In this document: one piece after another, positions 42,001 through 52,469 of the stretch
Layout of the letters: each line of letters begins with the position of its first letter
How positions within the stretch are numbered: position 1 is the stretch's first letter
Assembly: GCA_963795935.1 (NCBI GenBank)
Contig: CAWCJO010000023.1
Location: forward strand, 33,688-97,687
Direction of reading: 5' to 3'
Source of the DNA: Bryobacterales bacterium
Lineage (GTDB): Bacteria; Acidobacteriota; Terriglobia; Bryobacterales; Bryobacteraceae
Length of the DNA: 64,000 nt
Program-made: the position numbers and the translations under genes
The notes under the pieces: generated by a model
Databases searched by the model: none
What the model was told of the DNA's origin: nothing
Seen by the model: the letters and a program-made list of their open reading frames with translations, nothing else

Positions 42001-42488
42001 AGTTGGTTGGGGGCTGGGAGTTCAGTACCATCACCACGGTTCAAAGCGGCGCGGCGACTGAAACGGCATCATGGGACTCGGCCGGCGTGGTCTTCTCGCC
42101 GAGCGGCGAACGGCTCAACTGCCTTGCCGGCGTGAATCCGGTTCTGCCCAATCCCAACGCGAGTGGCGGGTACGGTTGGTATAACGCGGCGGCATTCTCA
42201 AACCCGGTCGCCGGCACGTTCGGAAACTGCGGCCGCAACAACTTGAGGGGGCCGCGAATGGTGAATGTCGATTTCTCGGCGATCAAGCATTTCCCGATCG
42301 CTGAAAGACAGTCTCTCCAGTTCCGCGTGGAAATGTTTAACGCTCCGAACCATGTAGAGTTAGGCACTCCGGGTTCGGTGAGCTGGGGAGGCAGCTCGAA
42401 TGTTGCGCCACCCTCGAATTTCGGCGTCATTACTACGACCGCCGCAAGCATGCGCCAGATTCAGTTAGCGCTCAAGTACGATTTCTGA
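39040..42488 (+). CDS. TonB-dependent receptor (Acidobacteria type), intact
   Basis: Strong SD (ggatagaggag) 6 nt upstream of the ATG. CarboxypepD_reg motifs (GEVKDQSGAIVAGVAVTATN...YQVKAVATGF), plug (ISELPLNGRDF), and a long barrel ending LALKYDF. Confidence 0.85.
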
Positions 42489-42489
42489 C

Positions 42490-44595
42490 TTACTTGCTGG
42501 GATAGCCGTGAAGCTGCGGGCCCACCACGTTCGAAAACTTGTAGCCGCCACGGCGGTCGGCATCAATAGTCCAGAACATCGCTCCGATCATGCCGGGATA
42601 GCCGCCCGTCTTGCGCAGCTTGTACTTGGTCCCGGCGGGAGCCTTGCCGGTGATGATATAGTCCATCGCTTGACTCACGATACTGGGCGTTGTATCTCCG
42701 GTAAGGAAGCCGACCGCAACCTTATCGGCCGGCATCGGTGGGAAGAACTCCTTGGGATCGCCTCCCACGTTGAAGCCGTGCAGCAGGAGCTCCGTCATGG
42801 CGGCATGATAGTCCACGGAGCCGGGCTGATAAATCTCGCCATCGAGACCCTCCAGCGGCGGCGTGTTGTAATCCTGCACATCGATGAACGACAGAATGTC
42901 GCGGATGGCGTACGCGATGGGCAGATATGAGCCGAACTGGCCGCCATAGCTGGGGTAACCGGAGGGGATCTGCGTCCCTTCGGGAACCAGGCTGATCATG
43001 AAACCGGGGCCAAAACGATCGCGCAACTGGCGCAACGCGGAGATGAGGTTCACGATGGATGGCGTTGTGGGATGTTTGAAATCCGTGTCGCCGGGGTCGA
43101 TCGAAAGGGAAGGGCTTTCGAAGTCGATGTCGATGCCGTCAAAGCCATACTCGGTGACGATCCGCGTAACGGAGGAGATATAGTTCGGAACGCGCTTCGG
43201 ATCGGCAAGCGTGAAGTGCTGGCCGCCGCCTCCGAGTGAAATGATGACCTTCTTGCCGTGGCTCTTCAACCAGGCGATGTCGGCCTTGAACTGTTCGGTA
43301 TCAAGCCCGGCGGGCGTGTGGAACTGCATGGTCCCTTCCGGCGCATTTTTGTCCGGCGTAGCGAACGCGACGATAATGACGTCCCACTGCGGCGAGACCT
43401 CGCGAAGCGGAAAGGTGGAACCCGCACCGCCGTAGCCGGCCCAGTAGCCGATGAGCCAATGTCCGTTGGGCGCGCCGCTCAGCGGGAGTGGCCCGGCCAT
43501 GAGCTCAGAATACACGCCCGCGGCAGGACGGCCGCGCGCCGGGCATGGCTTGGAAGGCGCGCTGAGCGCCTGTGCGTCCGGAAAGCTATACGTACTGCCG
43601 AGGCCTTCGGCGGCGCCGGTATACCAGGGCAGCAGCGCTACGTTTTGCAGGTGATAGACGCTTCCGTTCACATCGGCGGCGAAGGCAGTCGATGCGGGGA
43701 TGTTGTTTTTTGGGTTCGTATTCGTGGGTTCGAGAAGGAAGTAGGTGGAGGCAACGCCCGTGCCCCCGCAGGAGCCTTGATCTCCGGGATGCATCGGAGC
43801 CGGGACGCATCCAGCCGGGAAAAACGTTTCCCGGACCTTTGACGTTGCGGCCGTGCGCCAGCGGATCGTGCAGAGGATCGTTGATGAATTCCCCGAGTTG
43901 CTGCGTGAGCGGCTGCACGTCGCTGTCTTCGACAACGGAGGGCGCGGCATGCAGATAAGACGCGAGCACGAAGGAGTTTCCGGTCGCGGAGTCGACCCCG
44001 TGCGTTCCCCAGGAGCAGCACACCGTGGCATCGCCGAGGGCGTAGTAAGCAGTGTTATGCGTCACGGCGATGACGAGCTTGCCTTCCTGTTTGGGAAGCA
44101 GGTTGAAGAGTTCCTTTTGCAGAAATTCGATATCGACAACGCCGAAGGAGCCGCCGGTCCTCTTCGAGGTGAGGATATAACCATACCCGACGGGGACGGT
44201 GATGTTTACAGGCTTCACGTCCGGCCGGCCGAGCAGCGTATGCCAACCGTCAGTCTTGGAGAAGGTGCTGCGCAGCATGGCGTCGGCATACTGTGTGGCT
44301 CCGCCGGACGGAAAGGCGAACTTCGAGAAGACGGGCGAGCGGAGGAGGCGCGGCGCGTCCGGAGCTGCGTCCATGATAAAGCGCTTGCCGGCGGTCTTCT
44401 TCGCATCAAAGGAGAGGGTGACGGGAACGAGCATTGTGGGAATGGTGGTGGTTCCCCCCTGTGCGGGATCGCGGCCGACGAGAGTGTAGGAGGCTTGGCC
44501 GACGGTCTGCTGGAACGTGGGTACCGCGCTTTGCGCGCGCGCAAAGTGCAGCGGCACGAGGAAGAAAAACAACAGACGCGTCGATTTGATTCGCA
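42490..44595 (-). CDS. Secreted GH18 chitinase-like glycoside hydrolase with an N-terminal accessory domain; frameshift somewhere around 43800-43900
   Basis: Signal peptide MRIKSTRLLFFFLVPLHFARAQ. The C-terminal ORF has GH18 signatures VIISLGGGG and YGFDGIDIDFE (DxxDxDxE catalytic motif). The N-terminal 369-aa ORF and the C-terminal 513-aa ORF overlap in different frames. Confidence 0.65.
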
Positions 44596-44691
44596 TATCC
44601 GGGTTCGCAGAACTCTGATATAGGATAACGGAGCCAAAGGGGCCCCCGCGGCGATAACTGTCTGCCACTTCGCTCTCTTGATCGAAGCGGC

Positions 44692-45216
44692 TCACATCTG
44701 CTTGGCGTTAGCTATAAGCCGATCGAGAGCCCGACCCCAGCCATCGCGGAAGCCCATCGCCTCGTGCCGCTTTCGTCCCGCCTCATCCCGGCGAATGGCC
44801 ATGGCGGTGTACCGTGTTCCCTTCCCTAGCGGTTCCAGCGTCACGATCGCCGTAAAGAATGGATTGTCGGAGGGGCGGTACCCAGGGAGCAGCGCATCGG
44901 TCCAGACCAGCCGCTCGTTCGGAACGATCTCCAGATAGCACCCGATACTTGGGAACTCCTGCCCGTCCGGCGACCGCATTACGGTTCGGAAAATGCCCCC
45001 GGGTCGTAGATCGATCTCGCAATCGGCGACGGTCCACGGCGCCGGCGTGAACCATTTGCCGACATGCTACGGCTTGGTCCAAGCTGTCCAGACCAGGTCC
45101 CGCGGTACTTCGATGATCCGCTCAAGCACGAGGTCGAGCTTGGGATCGGGTTTTACAAGCCGGATGGCCTCATGTGCGTTTCCCCTTGAATTCAATCTAA
45201 GGACTATTTGTCGAGC
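44692..45216 (-). pseudogene. SRPBCC / AHSA1-family (activator of Hsp90 ATPase homolog-like) protein with an in-frame TAG (minus strand, 45067-45069) at a normally conserved Glu
   Basis: Reads ...[30 protein letters not shown]...[34 protein letters not shown].... The family consensus at this position is W.DPEH...W, so TAG likely derives from GAG. Confidence 0.55.
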
Positions 45217-45512
45217 TGATCCGGGCGGCGTTCCCAGAGATCGCGTTGCTGGACCAGCCAGTTCTCCGCGATTCTCAGGCGCTTGGGGACGAGCCGATAG
45301 GTGCGTACGCGGCCCGTCTTCCTGGAGCGCACCAGCCCGCAGCTTTCCAATACAGCCAGGTGCTGGACGAACGATGGGAGCGCAATGTCGAACGGCGCCG
45401 CGAGCTCGCTCACGGAGGCGGGGCTCCTGCTCAACCGTTCCAGCACGTGGCGGCGAGTAGGATCGGACAGCGCGCGGAAAACGCTATCGATCGACTCTAC
45501 TGCGTTGAGCAT
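45204..45512 (-). CDS. ArsR/SmtB-family metalloregulatory transcriptional repressor
   Basis: [17 protein letters not shown]...[33 protein letters not shown]...Y is the canonical winged-HTH ArsR signature. Classic pairing with a downstream SRPBCC gene. Confidence 0.85.
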   Translation of the reverse strand: MLNAVESIDSVFRALSDPTRRHVLERLSRSPASVSELAAPFDIALPSFVQHLAVLESCGLVRSRKTGRVRTYRLVPKRLRIAENWLVQQRDLWERRPDQLDK

Positions 45513-45563
45513 GGAGACGACGGCCGGGACCTTCCTTCCTCAACGATTCTCGCGACCGATAAC

Positions 45564-45773
45564 TCATACGTGATAATCGCGTCGCCGGATCCACTGCCGG
45601 AAAAGCCATGCGCCGGTATTCATCGATGACGCCGTCGAGGTGTTCCGCTCGGCCCTCTCGATCGTGGTCCAAGCCACGTGTTCGGCATGCTGTTCATCCG
45701 TCGCCGAACTCGCCTCCCAGCGAAGGCCGCGACGCCGGCGCGCGTCGTTCTCCGGCGCAACCGTCTTTCCCAT
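45564..45773 (-). CDS. Possible small protein (69 aa) upstream of arsR
   Basis: ATG preceded by a strong SD (ggaaggagcggcgATG). No recognisable domain. A perfect palindrome lies 72-93 bp upstream. Confidence 0.25.
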   Translation of the reverse strand: MGKTVAPENDARRRRGLRWEASSATDEQHAEHVAWTTIERAERNTSTASSMNTGAWLFRQWIRRRDYHV

Positions 45774-45844
45774 CGCCGCTCCTTCCGCCGTTCTCCCATG
45801 AAGACCGCGCGGGCGCTTCAAGATCGAGTATAGAGCAAGGCTTA

Positions 45845-45866
45845 CACTTAGGTCAATACCTAAGTG
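45845..45866. promoter_or_regulatory. Perfect 9-bp inverted repeat CACTTAGGT-caat-ACCTAAGTG, a candidate operator upstream of the small-ORF/arsR/SRPBCC transcription unit
   Basis: Read directly from the sequence. ArsR/SmtB operators are imperfect 12-2-12 inverted repeats, so this is a plausible but unproven assignment. Confidence 0.4.
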
Positions 45867-45956
45867 ATTGGGGACGCGGTGAAGACGGCCGGACACGCAG
45901 CCATCGCGCCGGTTGGGGAACAAGCATCCTCTCCAGACGCAGCGCCGGAATCCGCG

Positions 45957-46631
45957 CTAGGGCAGGAAACGATATCCGACGCCGTGGACAGTAATGAAAT
46001 GGCGCGGCGCGTTGGGGTCCGGTTCCAGCTTCTGGCGAAGCTTCACGACATGCGCATCGACGGTTCGCGTGTTCGGGAAAGAATCGTAACCCCAAACGGA
46101 GTTGAGGATCATGTCGCGCGTTAAGGCGCGGTCGGGGTTGTGAACGAAATGCGTGAGCAGGTTGTACTCGGCGGGAGTCATTTTTAGAATGGCGCCCTTG
46201 CGCTTTACGATGCGGCGCTCGAAGTCGATCGTCACATCGCCGAATTCGACGATTTTGCGGGCGTCCGGCAGCGTGCGCCGCAGCAGGGCGCGAATCCTTG
46301 CCAGCAGTTCTCTCGCGCCAAAGGGCTTGACCATGTAGTCGTCCGCCCCGATTTCGAGAAGCAAAACCTTGTCCACCTCTTCGCCGATGGCGCTGAGTAC
46401 GAGGATGGGAGTCTGGATCTTGGCGGCGCGCAATTGCTTGCAGATCTCGATGCCCATCATTCCGGGAAGGCGCAGGTCAACCACCATGAGATCGGGCTTC
46501 GCGGACAACGCCCGCTCGTAGCCGGTCTTGCCGTCGGCGGCGAGCAAAGGGCGGAATCCCTCCTGTTCGAGCAGAATGCCGATGGTATCGCGGAGGCTCT
46601 CGTCGTCGTCGATTACGAGTATCGTAGACAT
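45957..46631 (-). CDS. OmpR/PhoB-family two-component response regulator (orphan)
   Basis: Receiver domain (ILVIDDDESLRD...DLMVVDLRLPGMMG) plus a winged-helix trans_reg_C domain (LTPAEYNLLTHF......VWGYD....RTVDAHVVKLRQKL). Confidence 0.85.
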   Translation of the reverse strand: MSTILVIDDDESLRDTIGILLEQEGFRPLLAADGKTGYERALSAKPDLMVVDLRLPGMMGIEICKQLRAAKIQTPILVLSAIGEEVDKVLLLEIGADDYMVKPFGARELLARIRALLRRTLPDARKIVEFGDVTIDFERRIVKRKGAILKMTPAEYNLLTHFVHNPDRALTRDMILNSVWGYDSFPNTRTVDAHVVKLRQKLEPDPNAPRHFITVHGVGYRFLP

Positions 46632-46844
46632 GCTGCGGCTTTTTTGGACCCGTTGTTTTCAGTTTCTCTTAGTATGTGAGCGTTCGTCTACGTCCCTCCA
46701 GGTGAGTTTACGCGCCTATCGCCAAAACCAACCCGATAGAGAGTGGTCGTGGCGTGACGGCGTTTGGTGGGTTCCTTAACTTTCGCGTGGCGTCGCGCAA
46801 GGTGAGTTTTCGGGCGCCGGCCAGGATGGCGGGTTAGTTTCAAT

Positions 46845-46869
46845 CCCCCCGGATTGCGGAATCGGGGGG
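46845..46869 (+). other. GC-rich stem-loop (7-bp stem CCCCCCG/CGGGGGG, 11-nt loop) in the 5' leader of the SBP gene
   Basis: Seen in the sequence. There is no trailing T-tract on either strand, so it is not a canonical intrinsic terminator. Confidence 0.3.
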
Positions 46870-46903
46870 CGAAATCAAGTAAAGACCCGGCCTACTTAGA
46901 CCG

Positions 46904-48535
46904 ATGAGACTAGTGATGCCGCTGACGCGCGTGGTGTCGGGTTTTCTACTGGTTGTGGGCTTGGCCGCTCAGCCAGGAGGGGAGCTGCGATTTTCGATCA
47001 GCAGCGACCCTAAGACGTTCAATCCGTTGCTCGTGGACGATGATGCCTCCGAAACGGTGCGCTACCTGACCGGCGGGGTGCTGCTACGCGTGAACCGACG
47101 CACGCATACGCTCGAACCCGAGCTCGCAAAAAGCTGGAAAGTGTCCGAGGGCGGCAGGAGAATCGATTTCCAACTGCGCGACGGAATCGTCTTCTCCGAT
47201 GGCACGCCGTTCTCATGCGAAGACGTGGCCTACACGATCCGTCAATTGATGGAGCCGGCGCTGCACTCCCCGACGGCGGATGCCTTTCGTTCGGCGGCCG
47301 GCCCCACGCAGGCGGCGTGCACCGGAAAGGCCTCCGCGATGGCGCGCTTTCCGGGCGCGATCGCGGCGCTCGATTCGCAGTTCGACCAGCTTCCTATTCT
47401 GTCCTCGCGGTCCGCGAAGAAGGATGCGGCCGTTCTCGGGCCGTTTTTCGTGTCGGAATACCGCGCCGGCAATTATGTTCTGCTGCGGCGCAATCCGAAT
47501 TACTGGAAGAAGGACGAACGGGGCAATCGCCTCCCCTATCTCGATTCGATCCGCATCAACATCCAGCAGAATGCCGAAACTGAGCTGCTGCGGTTTCGCC
47601 GGGGCCAGATCGATCTCGTAAACAAGATCGCGCCCGAGATGTTCGAACGGCTCGCGTCGGAGATCCCGAAGGCGGCGGTCGACGCCGGGCCATCGCTCGA
47701 TTGGGAGGTGGTTTTTTTCAATCAGGCCGCGAACGCGCCGCTTCCCGAATACAAGAAGCGCTGGTTCCGCTCGGCCAATTTCCGCCGCGCCATTTCCGAG
47801 GCGATCAACCGCGCCGACATGTGCAGGATCGTGTACCGGGGACACGCGCAGCCCGCGGGCGGTCCGGTCTCGCCGTCCAATCATGCGTGGTGGAACGCTG
47901 CCGTGAAAGCGGAAGCATACGCCCCAGAAGCGGCGTTGCGGCGGCTTTCAAAGGACGGCTTCCGGCGCAATGGCGAGGCTTTGACCGACGCGGCCGGCAA
48001 TCCCGTCGAATTTTCGATGATCACCAACGGCGGCAACAAACAACACGAGCGGATGCTCGCGATGATCCAGCAGGATTTGGCGCACATTGGCATTCGCCTG
48101 AATGTGGTGGCGCTGGATTTCGCTTCGCTGGTCGAGCGGATCAGCCAGAGCTACGCCTACGAAAGCTGCCTGATGTCCTTCAAGAACATCGAGCTGGACC
48201 CGTTGGGACAAATGAATGTGTGGATGAGTTCGGCCGTGACGCACCAGTGGAATCCGAGCCAGAAAACGCCGCAAACTCCGTGGGAGGCCGAGATCGACAA
48301 ACTGATGCAGGAGCAGGCGTCCACATTGGATTTGCGCCGCCGCAAGGCCGCGTTCGATCGCGTGCAGGAAATCGTCTCCGAGGAGGCGCCGATGCTATTT
48401 CTGATCTATGAGGACGCACTGTCGGCCGTCTCCCTCAACATTCGCAACGTGGAGCCGGCGACGCTCCGTCCTCACCTGTACTGGAACGCGGAAAGGCTCT
48501 ACCTCGGCTCCGCCCAGAAACTCGCGTCACGTTAA
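46904..48535 (+). CDS. ABC transporter substrate-binding protein, family 5 (peptide/nickel/oligosaccharide type)
   Basis: Signal peptide. SBP_bac_5 hallmarks are a size of ~540 aa and the motifs LRFSISSDPKTFNP, W...DG....F.LR.G..FSDG.PF and LL.RNPNYW. Confidence 0.8.
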   Translation: MRLVMPLTRVVSGFLLVVGLAAQPGGELRFSISSDPKTFNPLLVDDDASETVRYLTGGVLLRVNRRTHTLEPELAKSWKVSEGGRRIDFQLRDGIVFSDGTPFSCEDVAYTIRQLMEPALHSPTADAFRSAAGPTQAACTGKASAMARFPGAIAALDSQFDQLPILSSRSAKKDAAVLGPFFVSEYRAGNYVLLRRNPNYWKKDERGNRLPYLDSIRINIQQNAETELLRFRRGQIDLVNKIAPEMFERLASEIPKAAVDAGPSLDWEVVFFNQAANAPLPEYKKRWFRSANFRRAISEAINRADMCRIVYRGHAQPAGGPVSPSNHAWWNAAVKAEAYAPEAALRRLSKDGFRRNGEALTDAAGNPVEFSMITNGGNKQHERMLAMIQQDLAHIGIRLNVVALDFASLVERISQSYAYESCLMSFKNIELDPLGQMNVWMSSAVTHQWNPSQKTPQTPWEAEIDKLMQEQASTLDLRRRKAAFDRVQEIVSEEAPMLFLIYEDALSAVSLNIRNVEPATLRPHLYWNAERLYLGSAQKLASR

Positions 48536-48569
48536 GGCGGCTAGGCATCGCCCCTTCGGCCTCGATCTT

Positions 48570-50351
48570 CTAGTGCGAAAAGCGTTTCATCTCACTCTGC
48601 ACGCGCGCGGCGCTCATGCGGGCCGCCGAGTTCATGGGATTCAGGGCGGCGGCGGTTCGATAATCGGCGAGCGCGGCGGCGTAGTCTTTCTTTGATTCAT
48701 ACCAGAGGCCGCGGGAGAGGTAGGCGCTTTCGTACCCAGGGTCGACTTCGATCGCTTTATCCAGGGCCGCCTTCGACTCGTCGAGTTTCCCCATTTCGCC
48801 GTACAGGAGCCCTTCCATTTCGAGCGTGACGGAGCTCGGCGGCTGTAGTTTTTCCGATTGCCGGAGCTTGGCAAGCGCCTCATCAAAATGTCCTTTGCAG
48901 CCAAGCACTTTTGCCCACGAGGCGACGATCAGCGGATCGTTGGGCATGGTCCGGTCGGCTTCCCGCAGGTAGGGCACGGGGGCGTCGCAGTTGTCGCGCG
49001 CCACTGCCGCCTGCGTGAGGTTCCAATAAGGGCGGCTCTTGTCCGGGCTGGCGTTCACGGCGTCCGCCCAGAACGCGCGCTCATCCGACCACACCCGATT
49101 GCGCCGATACGCCGCGACTCCAAAGAGGCACAGCGGGATGCACAATAGCGCCATCGTGACGTGATCGCGGAGGTCGTAGCGGCTGAGGAACTGCGCCGCC
49201 ACGAGGCTGAGGGCGAGCACCGGTAGATACATGCGGCGCTCGACCAGCGCGTCGCTGATGGGGATTACGGAGGAAGTCGGCGCCAGCAGTAGCAGAAACA
49301 GAAAGAAGCCGAAACTGCCGAGCGGATAACGCTTGCGAGCGCGAAACGCGGCCGCCGCCGCGACGCACAGAGCGGCGAAGGCGATCGCGGCGCCGTGCTC
49401 GAAGGCGGTATGGGAAATCGAAAAATCGTGGTCGGCCGACTGCGCGATCGGGAAAACAAAAAGGCCGAGATAGACCCAAATGGCTCGCGTCTCCGTGAAA
49501 AAATATTGATACCAGGCGACGCCCGAAAGATGAAACCCGGCGCTTTTCGATGTGGACAGCACCTCGGCGATGAAGAGGAGGCCGCCGGCTGCGAAGATGG
49601 CCAGCGGCGCATAGAGACGCCAATTGGCCTTGATGGCATTCCAGGCGCCGTTGCTGTTCCAAAAGCAGTCCGTCAGAATCAGCGCGGGAGCGAGCGCGGC
49701 CATGTTCTCCTTCGTCGTTACGGCGAGCGCGAACAACACGACGATTGCGGCGGACACGCGCCAGGATACGGCGGCGCGCTTGCGGTAGAGAAAAATCGAG
49801 TAGGCGGCAAGGAAGAAGCAACTCGCCAGACTCTCCGACCGGCCCGCGATGTAGGCGACGGATTCGGTTTCGAGGGGATGAACGAGGAAAAGAACGCCGC
49901 AAAATGCCGCGAGAATAAGACGGTTTCTCTGCGCAAGACCGGCGCGTTGGAACAGATTCAGCGCGACGAGAAACGCCAGAATCGAATTGATGGCATGTAT
50001 TTCGACATTAAAAAGGTGGAACGCGGACGGGCTCGCGCCGGCCATTTGATAATTCAGCCAGTAGCTGAACATGAGCGTGGGACGGACGCCCAGCAGCCAT
50101 GCCGAGAGCGGCTCAAGGGGTGCGGCGGGATTCGCAAAAGGCAGGAAAAGGTCGTCAAAAAGGAACGGACCGTGCATCGCGGGGCCGTAAATTACCACGC
50201 CCAGCAGCACAGCGGCCAGCGAGATGGCGGCCGCGAGCCAGACGTTGCGGCGAAATGTGTCGCGCGCTGAAGCGTGGCGGCCATCCCCGGCGCGAGCGTT
50301 CGCAGCGGCAATTTTCCGCGGCTTAGGACGCATAGCGGCGCGGACAGCCAT
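48570..50351 (-). CDS. Polytopic membrane protein with C-terminal TPR repeats (PMT_2 / DUF2723-like putative glycosyltransferase family)
   Basis: ~11 TM helices followed by TPR repeats (AYLSRGLWYESKKDYAAALADYRTAAALNP). The FLFDD-type motif near the N-terminus is typical of this family. Confidence 0.6.
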   Translation of the reverse strand: MAVRAAMRPKPRKIAAANARAGDGRHASARDTFRRNVWLAAAISLAAVLLGVVIYGPAMHGPFLFDDLFLPFANPAAPLEPLSAWLLGVRPTLMFSYWLNYQMAGASPSAFHLFNVEIHAINSILAFLVALNLFQRAGLAQRNRLILAAFCGVLFLVHPLETESVAYIAGRSESLASCFFLAAYSIFLYRKRAAVSWRVSAAIVVLFALAVTTKENMAALAPALILTDCFWNSNGAWNAIKANWRLYAPLAIFAAGGLLFIAEVLSTSKSAGFHLSGVAWYQYFFTETRAIWVYLGLFVFPIAQSADHDFSISHTAFEHGAAIAFAALCVAAAAAFRARKRYPLGSFGFFLFLLLLAPTSSVIPISDALVERRMYLPVLALSLVAAQFLSRYDLRDHVTMALLCIPLCLFGVAAYRRNRVWSDERAFWADAVNASPDKSRPYWNLTQAAVARDNCDAPVPYLREADRTMPNDPLIVASWAKVLGCKGHFDEALAKLRQSEKLQPPSSVTLEMEGLLYGEMGKLDESKAALDKAIEVDPGYESAYLSRGLWYESKKDYAAALADYRTAAALNPMNSAARMSAARVQSEMKRFSH

Positions 50352-50390
50352 TTCTAATATTGTAAGCGGCGCTCTTCCTGCTCGGCGCCT

Positions 50391-52046
50391 GTGGCTACAA
50401 TACTCGCCATGCGAAGACGAACATTTCTGACCTCCGGCGCGGCCGGGCTGCAAGTTGCCGCGGCCGCACGGACGCGGGGCGCCGCGCGTGGTTCGCATAA
50501 AATCGCGCCGTTCGAACTCGAGGAAGTCGGAATCGCGGAACTCGCGGCCGGCCTCGAGCGGAGGCGCTGGACAACGCGGCGGCTGCTGGAGCTCTATCTC
50601 GCGCGGATCGACGCCGTCGACCGCGAGGGCCCGCGCCTGCGCGCGGTGCTCGAACTAAATCCGGACGCGCACGCCATCGCGGAGCAGCTTGACCGCGAGC
50701 GCAAGCAGGGGCGCGCGCGAGGACCGCTGCACGGGATTCCTGTGCTCATAAAAGATAACATCGACACGGCGGATCGCATGAGCACGTCGGCGGGTTCGCT
50801 GGCTCTCGAGGGATGGCGTCCGCCGAAGGATTCGTTCGTGGCGGCGCGCCTGCGCGCTGCCGGAGCCCTCATCCTGGGCAAAACGAACATGAGTGAGTGG
50901 GCGAACTTCCGGTCGACGCATTCCGTCAGCGGTTGGAGCGGCCGCGGAGGGCAGACGCGCAATCCCTACGCGCTGCACCGCAACCCATCGGGATCCAGTT
51001 CCGGGTCCGGAGCGGCGGTGGCCGCAAATTTATGCGCCGCGGCGATCGGGTCGGAAACCGATGGTTCAGTGGTGAGCCCCGCTTCCATCAATGGACTGGT
51101 AGGAGTGAAGCCGACGTTGGGATTAATCAGCCGCGCCGGTATCGTTCCGATTTCGCACAGCCAGGATACAGCCGGGCCGATGGGGCGGACCGTGCGGGAT
51201 GCGGCCATGCTCTTGAGCGCGCTCACGGGAGTGGATGCGGACGATCCGGCGACGGCGGCATCCGCCGGGAAATTCGAGGCAGACTATACGAAATTTCTCG
51301 ATCCCAACGGGCTGCGCGGCGCGCGATTGGGGATTGCTCGGAAGTTTTTCGATAAAAACGCGCCCATGGACGCGTTCCTGAATCAATGCGTGGATGCGCT
51401 GCGGCGCGCCGGGGCCGAGGTTATCGATCCGGCCGATCTGCCTTCGCAGGGAAAATGGAGCGAGCCGGAGGGCGAGGTTCTCGCGTACGAGTTCAAGACG
51501 GACCTGAATGCCTATCTCGCGAAGCTGCCCGATTCCCGTCATCCGAGAACCCTGGCAGAGCTGATCGAGTTCAACGAGAAAAATCGCAGCCGGGAGATGC
51601 CCTATTTCGGGCAGGAGCTGTTCGAGCAATCGCAAGCCAAGGGTCCGCTGACCGAACAGAAGTATATCGACGCGCGGCGGCAATGCCTGCGGCTCGCGCG
51701 CGAGGAAGGCATCGACGCCGTGGTGGATAAATACAAGCTGGACGCGATCGTGACCCTCACGTCGGGGCCCGCTTGGTTGATCGATTGGGTGAACGGGGAC
51801 ATGGATACGGGCGGGTGCTCCAGTCCACCGGCGATCGCGGGATATCCCCACATCACGGTTCCGGCCGGATATTACCGGGACCTGCCGCTGGGACTCTCGT
51901 TTTTCGGGAAGGCCTGGACGGAGCCGGCGTTGTTCCGCTTGGCGTACGGTTTTGAGACCGCGACAAAAGCCCGCCGCGCTCCGCGATATTTCGACGGCGA
52001 GGAACTGCCCGCGCCTCCGCCCGCACTCGGTATAATGAATTCTTAG
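50391..52046 (+). CDS. Amidase (amidase-signature family) with a Tat signal; likely true start at the ATG at 50409
   Basis: RRRTFLTSGAAGLQVAAAA Tat motif. The AS signature GGSSGGSGAAVAA appears as GSSSGSGAAVAA, with Ser-cisSer-Lys context (IKDNIDT, ...ETDGSVVSPA). Confidence 0.8.
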   Translation: MATILAMRRRTFLTSGAAGLQVAAAARTRGAARGSHKIAPFELEEVGIAELAAGLERRRWTTRRLLELYLARIDAVDREGPRLRAVLELNPDAHAIAEQLDRERKQGRARGPLHGIPVLIKDNIDTADRMSTSAGSLALEGWRPPKDSFVAARLRAAGALILGKTNMSEWANFRSTHSVSGWSGRGGQTRNPYALHRNPSGSSSGSGAAVAANLCAAAIGSETDGSVVSPASINGLVGVKPTLGLISRAGIVPISHSQDTAGPMGRTVRDAAMLLSALTGVDADDPATAASAGKFEADYTKFLDPNGLRGARLGIARKFFDKNAPMDAFLNQCVDALRRAGAEVIDPADLPSQGKWSEPEGEVLAYEFKTDLNAYLAKLPDSRHPRTLAELIEFNEKNRSREMPYFGQELFEQSQAKGPLTEQKYIDARRQCLRLAREEGIDAVVDKYKLDAIVTLTSGPAWLIDWVNGDMDTGGCSSPPAIAGYPHITVPAGYYRDLPLGLSFFGKAWTEPALFRLAYGFETATKARRAPRYFDGEELPAPPPALGIMNS

Positions 52047-52112
52047 CCGCCGCTGTGCGGCGCACATCTCCTGCTCGCGCGTTTGGACGTCGAGACGGGA
52101 TTGTCGGGAAAT

Positions 52113-52373
52113 ATGGCTTACGTTATAGCGGAACCTTGCATTGGCGTCAAAGATACGGCCTGCGTGGATGCCTGCCCGGTCGACTGCATTCACCCCAAAA
52201 AGGACGCGGCGAACTTCGGCGAGCACGACATGATCTATATCGATCCGGTCGAGTGCATCGACTGCGGCGCCTGCGTCCCCGTTTGCCCGGTTTCGGCCAT
52301 TTTCGCATTGGACGATCTGCCCGACAAGTGGCAGGATTTCGCGCAAAAAAACGCCGCGTTCTTCGGGCGTTGA
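52113..52373 (+). CDS. fdxA: Ferredoxin (FdxA-like 7Fe type, [3Fe-4S][4Fe-4S])
   Basis: MAYVIAEPCIGVKDTACVDACPVDCIH...CIDCGACVPVCPVSAI. The two Cys clusters have typical 7Fe ferredoxin spacing. Confidence 0.8.
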   Translation: MAYVIAEPCIGVKDTACVDACPVDCIHPKKDAANFGEHDMIYIDPVECIDCGACVPVCPVSAIFALDDLPDKWQDFAQKNAAFFGR

Positions 52374-52416
52374 TGCCCCGCCCGCTCTAGCCCGCTTGCC
52401 GACGCCCGCTCACGTT

Positions 52417-52469
52417 CCCGAGCCGCGACCGCCACGCTACCGAGCCGCGTCACATGCCGAGCCGCGACC
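52417..52469. repeat. Three copies of CCGAGCCGCG(A/T)C spaced ~20 bp apart in the convergent fdx/queD intergenic region
   Basis: Read directly from the sequence. Confidence 0.3.

Noticed and set aside
45564-45923. 119-aa ORF spanning most of the RR-arsR intergenic region
   Set aside because: Arg-rich and compositionally non-protein-like over its N-terminal half. Only the C-terminal 69 codons are preceded by a credible SD, and this shorter ORF is reported at low confidence instead.
46800-46880. tRNA-like or tmRNA-like element (gggttagtttcaatcccc resembles a T-arm)
   Set aside because: No complete cloverleaf can be drawn: there is no acceptor stem pairing and no anticodon arm. The GGTTCGAATCC consensus is not matched.
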